Assembly: GCA_964551995.1 (NCBI GenBank)
Contig: CAZKFD010000011.1
Coordinates: forward strand, 43,374-107,373
Reading direction: 5' to 3'
DNA length: 64,000 bases
DNA from: an uncultured Eubacteriales bacterium
GTDB taxonomy: Bacteria; Acidobacteriota; Aminicenantia; Aminicenantales; Saccharicenantaceae
The position numbers and the translations under genes are program-made. Below the pieces are notes generated by a model that saw only the letters and a list, made by a program, of their open reading frames with translations, had not been told where the DNA came from and did no database searches. How positions within the stretch are numbered: position 1 is the first letter of the stretch; each line of letters begins with the position of its first letter. Positions 46,990 through 54,727 of this stretch are shown piece after piece.

Positions 46990-47001
46990 GTCTCCGGAGA
47001 C
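46990..47001. promoter_or_regulatory. perfect 12-bp palindrome GTCTCCGGAGAC in the 5' leader of the czcC-like operon
   Basis: The sequence equals its own reverse complement. It lies 21 nt upstream of the ATG at 46969. Confidence 0.3.
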
Positions 47002-47240
47002 CGCGCCGCCCGTCCCCCGCAGACGACGGGACGGCCCGGAATCCTCCGGATCCGAATATCCGCTATAGGGACGACGCGAAACGCGGTTTCCTTCCCGAAG
47101 TTCCCGGTTTAAGAGGTTTCTGATCATGAGGTTGTCAGGAACGGTATTATCATTCCCGGGCGGGGAGGCTTTCAACTGAATTTTCCGTCAGATAGGAACC
47201 TGTTTTTGGCCCGGCGGCCAGGGATCTTTCTATGTCGCGG

Positions 47241-47465
47241 CTAGGCGGGATTCCTCTTGTAGAATAGCCGTTTGACGACCTCGGCCGCGGCGCCGTCGCG
47301 GACGGCCGTGGCCTTGACCCGGACGAGGGAGATGGGCCTGCGCACGGCGTCGGCCGCCCCCTTCTCCTGCCAGAAGCCGAGGAGGCTGCTGGCCAGGATG
47401 ATGAACAGGATGATGGAGGCGTCCGTTTCGGACAGGCTCCAGAAGCCCCGGAGGTCTCCGGCCAT
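47241..47465 (-). pseudogene. 74-aa ORF that is a fragment of a P-type cation ATPase (TM2/actuator junction), remnant
   Basis: MAGDLRGFWSLSETDASIILFIILASSLLGFWQEKGAADAVRRPISLVRVKATAVRDG matches the P-type ATPase segment ...VDAIVILxxVxxNAxIGFVQEYRAEKAxEALKKLSAPxAxVxRDG. Homology stops abruptly and the ORF ends at KRLFYKRNPA*. GGGAGG RBS precedes the ATG. An atypical AT-richer spacer lies downstream (47000..47240). Confidence 0.5.
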
Positions 47466-47476
47466 CGAGCCTCCCG

Positions 47477-48163
47477 TCAGTTGTTCTTTTCGATCTCGCG
47501 GCGGATGCTGGGCTCCAGGTCTTCGGGGTGGGCCCGGCAGTGGTATTCGATCCCGCTCGCCGAACGATGGGCCTTGAAATAGGGCCAGCCAAGACTCATC
47601 AGGTGCCGTTCGTGGAGCTCGTGCAGGAGCACGAACTTCCGGTCGCCGGGGCTGAGGTCATCGTCCAGCCAGACCTCTTCCTTCGGGACGAAGTGATAGA
47701 CCTTGTCGTGGCCGCCCTCGGTGAAGTCGATGAAATAAAGGCTCCGCACGAGCTCTCCCCGGATGATCCAGACCTTGACCCGCCCGCTGTATTTCTTGAG
47801 GAGCCTTTTATGGATGGAGGCGACGATGGTTTTCCGGCCCAGGGACGCGACCTGGCGGATCATCTCCGACTTCCGGCGCTCCCTCTTCTCCACGGCGTCG
47901 GCCTTCTCCAGGGCGTCGTCGTAGGGCATGCCGCCGGCCATCAGCCGGTGCTCGACGAGCAGGTGGTCGATGAAGAACTGCTCCTCCCCCGGGCCGTACT
48001 CCTTGTCGATCCAGAATTCGTTGCGGGGGATGAACCGGAAGCGGAAGTGCTGGCCGAAATTCGTGAATTCCTCGTCGATGCTTTTCCGGACGTAGCGGCC
48101 GTCGACGATCCAGACCGTGAAGCCGCCGACCTCGTCGAACTTCCTGAGATAGGGTTTTTTCAT
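47477..48163 (-). CDS. hypothetical protein composed of two tandem copies of an uncharacterised about 75-aa domain
   Basis: MKKPYLRKFDEVGG... Repeat 1 is FTVWIVDGRYVRKSIDEEFTNFGQHFRFRFIPRNEFWIDKEYGPGEEQFFIDHLLVEHRLMAGGMPYDDA. Repeat 2 is VKVWIIRGELVRSLYFIDFTEGGHDKVYHFVPKEEVWLDDDLSPGDRKFVLLHELHERHLMSLGWPYFKA. AAGAGGG RBS; the start overlaps the upstream S9 peptidase stop as ATGA. The first 148 aa of the track ORF are antisense to the peptidase gene. Confidence 0.7.
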   Translation of the reverse strand: MKKPYLRKFDEVGGFTVWIVDGRYVRKSIDEEFTNFGQHFRFRFIPRNEFWIDKEYGPGEEQFFIDHLLVEHRLMAGGMPYDDALEKADAVEKRERRKSEMIRQVASLGRKTIVASIHKRLLKKYSGRVKVWIIRGELVRSLYFIDFTEGGHDKVYHFVPKEEVWLDDDLSPGDRKFVLLHELHERHLMSLGWPYFKAHRSASGIEYHCRAHPEDLEPSIRREIEKNN

Positions 48164-50199
48164 GAGCCCTCTTTCTTCAGGTACTTGTCGTACCAGGCCA
48201 CATACCGTTCGTAGTGGTCGCGGACGTAGCTCGGGGTCGTGAGGCCGTGGAACTGGCCCGGGTAGATGACGAGTTCGGTGTCCACCCCCAGGCTCTTGAG
48301 TGCCTCGTACATTTGCTCGCCGCCGATGAGGGGCACGTTGAAATCCTTGTCGCCGCCCATGAAGAGCGTCGGCGTCCGGATGCGGTCGGCGTGAAAGAAC
48401 GGATAGGAAATCTTGAGCCACAGGTCCGTCGTCTTCCAGGGGGCCCCGATCTCGAGATCGTATTGCCGGATGTATTCGTCGTGCCCGTACATCGAGAGCT
48501 GAAGGGCGCTGCCCGCCCCGCTGATTGCCGCCTTGAAGCGGCTGTCGGTAGCGATGGTGTAGTCCGTCAGGATTCCGCCGTAGCTCCAGCCGCCGATGCC
48601 GAGCCACTGCGGGTCGGCGATGCCCGCCGCCACGGCTCCGTCGACCGCGCCGAGAAGGTCCATGACTTCCTTGTGCCCCCAGTCGGCGAAAATGGCCTTC
48701 TGGAACGCCGAGCCGCGGCCCGAGCTGCCGCGGTAGTTGACCGCCAGGACGACGTAGCCGTTCGCGGCCAGGAACTGGTGCTCGAAGCTGAAGCTGTATT
48801 CATCCTGGCCGATCGGCCCGCCGTGGATCCGGAGCAGCAGAGGGTAGCGCCGGCCCGGGGCGAAGGAGGCCGGCTTCACGATGAGGCCGTGAACGACGGT
48901 GCCGTCCTTGCTCTTCGAGGAGAAATCCTCCGTCGTCGCCAGCTCGAGCCCGGAGAGCAGGGCGTCGTTCTGGTGGGTCAGCCGCCTGAGCGTTCCGGCC
49001 TCGAGCGCGTCAACCTCGGCGAGCTCAACGGCCGTGCCCGAAAGCAGCGTCAGGGCGCCGTCGGCGCCGAGCGAAATACTGGAGACCGTCCGCCGGCCGG
49101 TGGTTAGCTTCTCGACCGGCCCTCCAGAGAAAGCGGTCTCGCCGACATAGACGACTCGATCATCCTCGACAAGGAAGATCAGGTTCTTCCCGTCCGCGGT
49201 CCAGAGGATAGGGCCGACAACAGCCCGGTCTAGCGCTTCCGTCAGGATCTTCTGCTCGCCGCCCGCCGCCGGGACGACGGCCAGCTTGTTAAGATTGTAC
49301 GCGGAAAAGCGCGGGGGATCGCCGCTGAGGAAGGCGATCCATTGCCCGTCGGGGCTCCAGGCCGGACGGCTCCCTTCGGGGCCTTCCCGGCTCGTGAGGC
49401 GCTTGGACTCCGCCCCGGGCCTGGCTTCGACAACGAAAACGGCGGTGTCCGGATTCCGGTCCGGGTCTGACCCGCAGTCGCTGATGAAGGCGACCCGGCT
49501 TCCGTCCGGCGACCAGGCCGGCCGCACGTCATCCCACGATCCCGACGTGAGGGGCTCGGCTTTTTTTCGGGCCGCCACGTCGAAGAGCCACAGGTGCGAA
49601 TACAGCCGCTTGAGATATCCTTCCCGGTCCTCCTTGAAATGGTAGCGGTCGATGACCATCGGCGCCGGCGTCTTCCGCTTCCAACCCTCCAGCTTTTCCG
49701 GCTCGTCCGCCGGGTCCTGGTCGCTCGTAACGATGACCAGCCGCCGGCCGTCCGGAGACCAAGCGTAATCGCTGACGCCGCCTTTGATGTCCGTCAACCG
49801 CTGCGCTTCGCCGCCCCTCCTGTCGAGAAGCCAGACCTGGGGGCCGAGCTTCTTCTCCTCCTCGGTGCCGCGGGAGGCAAGGAAGGACAGGAAGCGCCCG
49901 TCCGGACTCCAGCGGGGAGAGGTCTCGCTGTCCGGATCGGATGTCAGGCGGACCTCCTGAGAACCGTCCCAGCTCGCCATCCAGATATCGCTGTCGCTCT
50001 TATCCTTTTCGAAGTCTGTCGTGCCGACGGTATACGCCACCCATTTCCCGTCCGGCGAGCGCTGGGGATCACCGACCATGCGGATCCTGGCCAAGTCGTC
50101 AAGCGTGATGGCGCGCTTGGCCGCTTTCGCCGGGCCGGCCTGCCCGGCGGCTGCGGCCACACCGATTGCCACGAAGACGATCCCGAGACGACGCAACAT
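48160..50199 (-). CDS. S9 family serine peptidase (prolyl oligopeptidase/acylaminoacyl-peptidase type) with N-terminal TolB-like beta-propeller, secreted
   Basis: Signal peptide MLRRLGIVFVAIGVAAAAGQAGPAKA. Beta-propeller blades (SPDGKWVAY, SPDGRFLSF, SPDGRRLVI, SPDGSRVAF, SPDGQWIAF). Catalytic GGWSYGG (Ser), then Asp and His in the C-terminal hydrolase domain. Start is chosen at the ATG at 50199; earlier in-frame ATG and TTG codons lack signal-peptide logic. Confidence 0.85.
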   Translation of the reverse strand: MLRRLGIVFVAIGVAAAAGQAGPAKAAKRAITLDDLARIRMVGDPQRSPDGKWVAYTVGTTDFEKDKSDSDIWMASWDGSQEVRLTSDPDSETSPRWSPDGRFLSFLASRGTEEEKKLGPQVWLLDRRGGEAQRLTDIKGGVSDYAWSPDGRRLVIVTSDQDPADEPEKLEGWKRKTPAPMVIDRYHFKEDREGYLKRLYSHLWLFDVAARKKAEPLTSGSWDDVRPAWSPDGSRVAFISDCGSDPDRNPDTAVFVVEARPGAESKRLTSREGPEGSRPAWSPDGQWIAFLSGDPPRFSAYNLNKLAVVPAAGGEQKILTEALDRAVVGPILWTADGKNLIFLVEDDRVVYVGETAFSGGPVEKLTTGRRTVSSISLGADGALTLLSGTAVELAEVDALEAGTLRRLTHQNDALLSGLELATTEDFSSKSKDGTVVHGLIVKPASFAPGRRYPLLLRIHGGPIGQDEYSFSFEHQFLAANGYVVLAVNYRGSSGRGSAFQKAIFADWGHKEVMDLLGAVDGAVAAGIADPQWLGIGGWSYGGILTDYTIATDSRFKAAISGAGSALQLSMYGHDEYIRQYDLEIGAPWKTTDLWLKISYPFFHADRIRTPTLFMGGDKDFNVPLIGGEQMYEALKSLGVDTELVIYPGQFHGLTTPSYVRDHYERYVAWYDKYLKKEGS

Positions 50200-50270
50200 G
50201 ATTTTGGCGCTTTTCTCAAGCATAGAAAATTTATACTGTCGGGCCGCTGTCATGTCAAGGCGGCCGGAAA

Positions 50271-50299
50271 TTGATTCTGGTGCCGGGTTCACTTATAAT
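50271..50299 (+). promoter_or_regulatory. strong sigma70-like promoter for the gamma-glutamyl cyclotransferase-like gene
   Basis: TTGATT at 50271..50276, a 17-nt spacer, then TATAAT at 50294..50299. It is 40 nt upstream of the ATG at 50340. Confidence 0.45.
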
Positions 50300-50339
50300 C
50301 GAGGGCGAGTGGATCGAACCTGGCCGCAAGGGGTGTGCG

Positions 50340-50777
50340 ATGCTCTACTTCGCCTACGCTTCGAATATGAACCACGCGCAGATGAAAGAGAGGTGTCCCG
50401 GAGGGCGCTTTCTGAAGCCCGCCGTCCTCAGCGGCTACCGATTCGTCTACGACGGCTATTCCGTGGCGCGCCAGGGTGCGACGGCCAACATCGTGAATTC
50501 GGGTGTCGACAGGGTCTTAGGGGCGCTCTTTGAGATTACGGAGAAGGACCGGCTTGAGCTGGACGCCTACGAAGGCTACCCCAAGGCCTACGACAGAAAA
50601 GACGTCGAGGTTAGGGACGGTGAGGGAAAGGCCTATAAAGCGATGGCCTATTTCCGGACCGGGCGGGCCCTCGGGAAGCCGCACCCCGACTACGAGAAAG
50701 TCGTCCTCGAGGGGGCGAAAGACTGCGGGCTGCCCGAGGACTACGTGGACAAGTACCTGCGCGTGATCCGGCTCTGA
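50340..50777 (+). CDS. gamma-glutamyl cyclotransferase-like (AIG2/GGCT fold) protein
   Basis: MLYFAYASNMNHAQMKERCPG is the YGSNM-type N-terminal motif of GGCT/AIG2-like proteins. 145 aa. Confidence 0.8.
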   Translation: MLYFAYASNMNHAQMKERCPGGRFLKPAVLSGYRFVYDGYSVARQGATANIVNSGVDRVLGALFEITEKDRLELDAYEGYPKAYDRKDVEVRDGEGKAYKAMAYFRTGRALGKPHPDYEKVVLEGAKDCGLPEDYVDKYLRVIRL

Positions 50778-50789
50778 GCCCGCGCGGCG

Positions 50790-50827
50790 CCCCGGAGAGA
50801 GACGCATCCGGGGTCCGGCCCTTTTTT
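50790..50827 (+). terminator. putative intrinsic terminator after the GGCT-like gene
   Basis: GC-rich inverted repeats (CCCCGGA...TCCGGGG and CCGG-GGT-CCGG) are followed by CCCTTTTTT (T6 at 50822..50827). Confidence 0.35.
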
Positions 50828-51065
50828 GGCGACTTCTTGACGATTTTTTCGCGGACCCGTGACACCTTTGTCCTCCGACTGGACCATTATTCTCTTGCCG
50901 GGCGGAAGCCGGGAGGCTTCCGGGATCTCTGCTCCAGGCAAAGGCCGAAGCTCTGCCTCCGGGAACGGATGAGTTGCTTTCCCGCCGGCTCCGCTGATCG
51001 CCCGAAGAACCGTCTGTCGAGGAACCGCCGGGGTCCCGGTTCCGGTAGGTTTTCCGGAAGACTCT

Positions 51066-51074
51066 TGGTATAAT
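51066..51074 (+). promoter_or_regulatory. extended -10 promoter element (TGgTATAAT) upstream of the CE4 deacetylase gene
   Basis: TG at 51066..51067, then TATAAT at 51069..51074. It is 40 nt upstream of the ATG at 51114. Confidence 0.35.
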
Positions 51075-51113
51075 GAGACCTCGCCGGAGCGGCTCCGGCC
51101 CCCGTGGGAGACG

Positions 51114-51929
51114 ATGAAAATCAAAATCGCTTTGGCCGCGACGGGAGTGTCCCTGGCCGTCATGGCGCTTCCGGCCTGGGCGCTCGCTTCGCTCTGGAGC
51201 GCCGGGCCGGCCTTTCAGGTCTGGTGGGGGATCCTGGCTTTGGCCGCCGACGGGGTCATTCTCGACGGCGTTTTCCGCCATCACGCGCCCGTTTTCGGCC
51301 GAGTCTTCTGGCGGGGAGACGAAGACCTCCGGGCCGTAGCGCTGACGTTCGATGACGGCCCTAACGGTCCCCACACCTCGCGCATCCTGGACGTGCTCGG
51401 CGCGGCGGGCGTCAAGGCGACATTCTTTCTCCTCGGCCGTAACGTTCGGCGTTTTCCGGATCTCGTGGCGAGGATCGCGGGCGAGGGGCATGAGATCGGG
51501 AACCACGGGCTTAGCCACAGCCCTCTTGCACTCAAGTCTCTGGCCGACGTCCGCCGGGAGATCCGGACGACGGCCGCCCTCATCCGGGAGGCGTCCGGCG
51601 GGGCGGAGGCCCGGCTCTTCCGGGCCCCACACGGCTGGAGGAATCCCTGGACGAACGCCGCCGTCCGCGCCGAAGGATGTCTCCCCGTGTCCTGGACATT
51701 CGGCGTCTGGGACACGTCCCGCCCAGGGGCGGAGGTGATCGTCCGCCGCACGCTGCGGGGTCTCGGAAACGGCTGCGTCTTCCTTTTCCATGACGGGCGG
51801 GGCACGGAAGAGGCTGCGGACTCGAGCCAGCTGGCCGAGGCCCTGCCCGAGATCATCGCCGAGATCCGTAGACGAGGATATGATTTCCTGACTCTTTCCG
51901 AGATGATGACGAGGTCGCGGCGGGCATGA
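51114..51929 (+). CDS. polysaccharide deacetylase (NodB homology domain, CE4) with N-terminal membrane anchor
   Basis: N-terminal hydrophobic segments, then TFDDGP (motif 1 Asp-Asp), HEIGNHGLSH (His-His metal ligands), RAPHGW (motif 3) and LFHDG. Confidence 0.85.
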   Translation: MKIKIALAATGVSLAVMALPAWALASLWSAGPAFQVWWGILALAADGVILDGVFRHHAPVFGRVFWRGDEDLRAVALTFDDGPNGPHTSRILDVLGAAGVKATFFLLGRNVRRFPDLVARIAGEGHEIGNHGLSHSPLALKSLADVRREIRTTAALIREASGGAEARLFRAPHGWRNPWTNAAVRAEGCLPVSWTFGVWDTSRPGAEVIVRRTLRGLGNGCVFLFHDGRGTEEAADSSQLAEALPEIIAEIRRRGYDFLTLSEMMTRSRRA

Positions 51930-52903
51930 ACCGGCGCCGGGTCGTTTCGCTCATCTCGCTCGCGGCGTCGTTGGCCGTTCTCCTCCTTCTGTTCTCCCGC
52001 ATGAACCTGGCGCTGGCGGCCCGCTCCCTGACCGAGATCCGCTGGGGCTGGGTCCTGGCGCTGGCCCTGCTGAACATCGTTCACACGTGGGTCGAGGCGG
52101 AGCGATGGAACCTGATCATCTCGTCGGTCAAACCGGACTCCCGAGTGCCGCAGGCCTTCGCGGCCATCCTGGTCGGCGTCCTCGGCAACATCCTCCTGCC
52201 CCTCAGGCTGGGGGACGGCGCGAGAGCCCTCTTCCTGGCCAGGAAGCAGAAGATGCGGTTTTCGGGCGCCCTGTCCACGGTCGTCCTCGACCGGGTCGTC
52301 GATATCGCCTTTTTCCTGGCTCTTGTCGGCGTCACAGCCCTCTTTTTCCCGTTCTCGTCGTCCCAGAGGAGGACCTTCGCCGTCTCCGCCCTCGCTCTGG
52401 CCGTGGTGGTGGCCGTCCTCATTCTCCTCGCCAAGGGCAGCCTGAGCGCAAAAGTGAGGTCTCTCGGAAAGCCGGGCCGGGCGGTGAGCGATCAGATCGC
52501 GCACCTGAGGATTGGGGTCTCGGCCCTGAGGAACGCGGGCATCATGCTCCCGACCGGAGCCCTGGCCGCCCTGTCGTGGATCATGCGGGCGACGCTCGTC
52601 TGGATGATGTTCCGAGCTTTCCGGCTGGATCTGCCGGTTTTGGACGCCGCCGTGACGCTGATCCTGCTGAACGTGGGCACAGCCGCGGTCAACACGCCGG
52701 CCAACGTCGGCGGCTTCGAGCTTTCGGTGGTGGCCGCTCTGGCCCTCTTCGGCGTCGAGACGGAAAGAGCCCTGAGTTTCGCCGTGCTTCTTCACGCCGC
52801 GGAGATCATCCCCGTGGTCTTCCTCGGGCTCGGCGTCCTCTGGCTGACGGGCTTCCGCATCGAGGCCCCGGGGCCGGGCGTTAATTCAGAGAAAACCGGA
52901 TAG
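51926..52903 (+). CDS. flippase-like integral membrane protein (lysylphosphatidylglycerol synthase TM-domain / UPF0104 family)
   Basis: 325 aa, about 8 TM. The start overlaps the CE4 stop (ATGA). Family-typical conserved Arg/Glu residues in TM2-3 (WVEAERWNL) and a G-rich LGNILLPLRLGDG loop. Confidence 0.8.
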   Translation: MNRRRVVSLISLAASLAVLLLLFSRMNLALAARSLTEIRWGWVLALALLNIVHTWVEAERWNLIISSVKPDSRVPQAFAAILVGVLGNILLPLRLGDGARALFLARKQKMRFSGALSTVVLDRVVDIAFFLALVGVTALFFPFSSSQRRTFAVSALALAVVVAVLILLAKGSLSAKVRSLGKPGRAVSDQIAHLRIGVSALRNAGIMLPTGALAALSWIMRATLVWMMFRAFRLDLPVLDAAVTLILLNVGTAAVNTPANVGGFELSVVAALALFGVETERALSFAVLLHAAEIIPVVFLGLGVLWLTGFRIEAPGPGVNSEKTG

Positions 52904-54086
52904 GGTTCGCGGCGTCGCGCGTCCCATCCCATTGTTGGGGCGGACGGCCGAGCGGATTCTGTTCCGGGCGTTCTGCAGGCCGCTTGAGTGCGCGCCTGTA
53001 GACATCGGCGATGCGCTCGGCGATCCTCGGCCAGGCGAATTCCTGGGCCTTCCTCAGTCCGGCCTGCCGCATGACCCAGCGGTAGGCGGGGTCGTCGATC
53101 AGGTTCACGATCGCCCGGGTCCAGGCCTCCGTGTTGAAGGGGGGGACCATGACGGCCTCTCTTCCGCCGGCGATGAGTTCCCGGAATCCGATGATGTCGG
53201 AGGCGACGATCGGGGTGCCGCAGGCCATGGCCTCCAGAAGCGTGATCCCGAACGAGGCCCGCGTGGTCGGGCAGAGATACAGGTCCGAGCTGCCGTAGCA
53301 GTCCGGGCGCTCTTCGAAAACGTGCCCCATGAACTTGACGCTGGCCCCGAGGTCGCGAGCCTTCCGCTCGTAGTGGGAACGGAGAGGCCCGTCCCCGGCG
53401 ACGACCAGCTCCGCGTTCGAGTACCGGGCCAGCACCCCGGGCATGGCATCGAGAATCGTTTGGAGGCCGTTGCGGGGGTCGAGACGGCCGAGAAACAGGA
53501 GTCTCGGCCCTTGCTTGAGGGCGTCGTTCGGCTGCCGGCCGTTGGGATGAAAATATCTCACCTCGATCCCGTTCGGGATGATCTCCCAGTCGGCCCGGAA
53601 ATAGCGGGAGTGGGCCTGGATCACGGGTTCGCTGACGGCGATCTTGACGGCGATCGCATCCATGAGGATCTGCATGGGCTTTTGAAGAAGACGATAAGGG
53701 GGAGATCCCGGAAACCAGGAATGGAACGTGGCGACGACCGGAAGACGAAGCCTGTAGGCCGCCCATTGACCGACCATCCCCAGCGTGGGGGCCAGGGCAC
53801 CGTGAAGATGGATGAGCTCGATGCGGTCCTCGCGGAGAATCCGTTCGATGTCCCTCAGGAGCGTCCGGCCGGTGCTCACACGGGCGAAAGATCCGTTGCT
53901 GTAGATCAGCCGGCTCTTCCCGACGCGGCGGACGAACGGCTCGTCCCCGCTCTCGCCGGCCATGTGGGACGTGATGATCGTCGCCGAGTGGCCCATCGCC
54001 CTGAGCTCGCGGGCAAGGTGATGCACGTGCTCGGTCACGCCGCCGAGGTGCGGATAATAGAATTCGGTGATGAGCGCGATGCGCAT
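52881..54086 (-). CDS. GT4 family retaining glycosyltransferase
   Basis: MRIALITEFYYPHLGGVTEHVHHLAREL is the GT4 N-terminal motif. The C-terminal EX7E-type region reads FGITLLEAMACGTPIVASDIIGFRELI. Convergent with the flippase-like gene (23-nt overlap). Confidence 0.9.
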   Translation of the reverse strand: MRIALITEFYYPHLGGVTEHVHHLARELRAMGHSATIITSHMAGESGDEPFVRRVGKSRLIYSNGSFARVSTGRTLLRDIERILREDRIELIHLHGALAPTLGMVGQWAAYRLRLPVVATFHSWFPGSPPYRLLQKPMQILMDAIAVKIAVSEPVIQAHSRYFRADWEIIPNGIEVRYFHPNGRQPNDALKQGPRLLFLGRLDPRNGLQTILDAMPGVLARYSNAELVVAGDGPLRSHYERKARDLGASVKFMGHVFEERPDCYGSSDLYLCPTTRASFGITLLEAMACGTPIVASDIIGFRELIAGGREAVMVPPFNTEAWTRAIVNLIDDPAYRWVMRQAGLRKAQEFAWPRIAERIADVYRRALKRPAERPEQNPLGRPPQQWDGTRDAANPIRFSLN

Positions 54087-54147
54087 TCTCTTCCCCTCTT
54101 GTCTAAAAACGATATCTTCCGAACATGATCTCGGGAGACGACTCGTG

Positions 54148-54510
54148 TCACTTTATGATTTTGATGAACGTGGCCTCGTTGACGCCTTCGGCCGTTGTCG
54201 TGTAGCGCACCCGGACCTCTTCGCCTTTGACAACCTTGTCCAGGGTCAATGGTTTCCCTTTCGCGTCGTAGATCGTGGTCGTGGGCTTGACTAGGAACAT
54301 CAGTTTGGCGTTGGTTTTGTTGATGACCGTGATCTCGGATTTCGTCGCCGCGTCCGCGTCCGCCAGCGTCACCGCATCGACGGTCCCGACGACGCCCTTC
54401 GTCGGGACGTGGGGCGGCTTCGGCGCCGGGTTGGACTGCTGGCTGAAGCCCAGGAATGCAAATCCCGCCACGAACAGGATTGATGCCAGAGTCACGGCAA
54501 ACTTTCTCAT
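54148..54510 (-). CDS. small secreted beta-rich hypothetical protein (OB-fold/CusF-like topology, no metal ligands evident)
   Basis: GGGAGG RBS. Signal peptide MRKFAVTLASILFVAGFAFLGFSQQ. Mature region is about 95 aa (KGVVGTVDAVTLADADAATKSEITVINKTNAKLMFLVKPTTTIYDAKGKPLTLDKVVKGEEVRVRYTTT...). The 10 N-terminal residues of the track ORF are excluded. Confidence 0.6.
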   Translation of the reverse strand: MRKFAVTLASILFVAGFAFLGFSQQSNPAPKPPHVPTKGVVGTVDAVTLADADAATKSEITVINKTNAKLMFLVKPTTTIYDAKGKPLTLDKVVKGEEVRVRYTTTAEGVNEATFIKIIK

Positions 54511-54727
54511 CTTCGCCTCCCGCACGGATTCGCTCTCCATTCCTGTCGGTGACGTCTCGCGCCTCCACCGCTCCCTCGGTTCTCACCTCCCCAGATTTCC
54601 GCGCCCATCATACGCCGGAGCGCGTTACAGGCCGATTAAAATAAGATTAAAAAATTCTCATCTTTCGGCATCGACGGCCGGAGAGAGGCGAACCGGGCGG
54701 GGCGCCCGGCCGGAGACGAGCTGCCGG

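Noticed and set aside
54148-54510. Calling the small secreted protein after TCS-2 a CusF copper chaperone.
   Set aside because: The OB-like beta pattern is similar, but the Met/His/Trp metal-binding residues of CusF are absent, so it is left as hypothetical.
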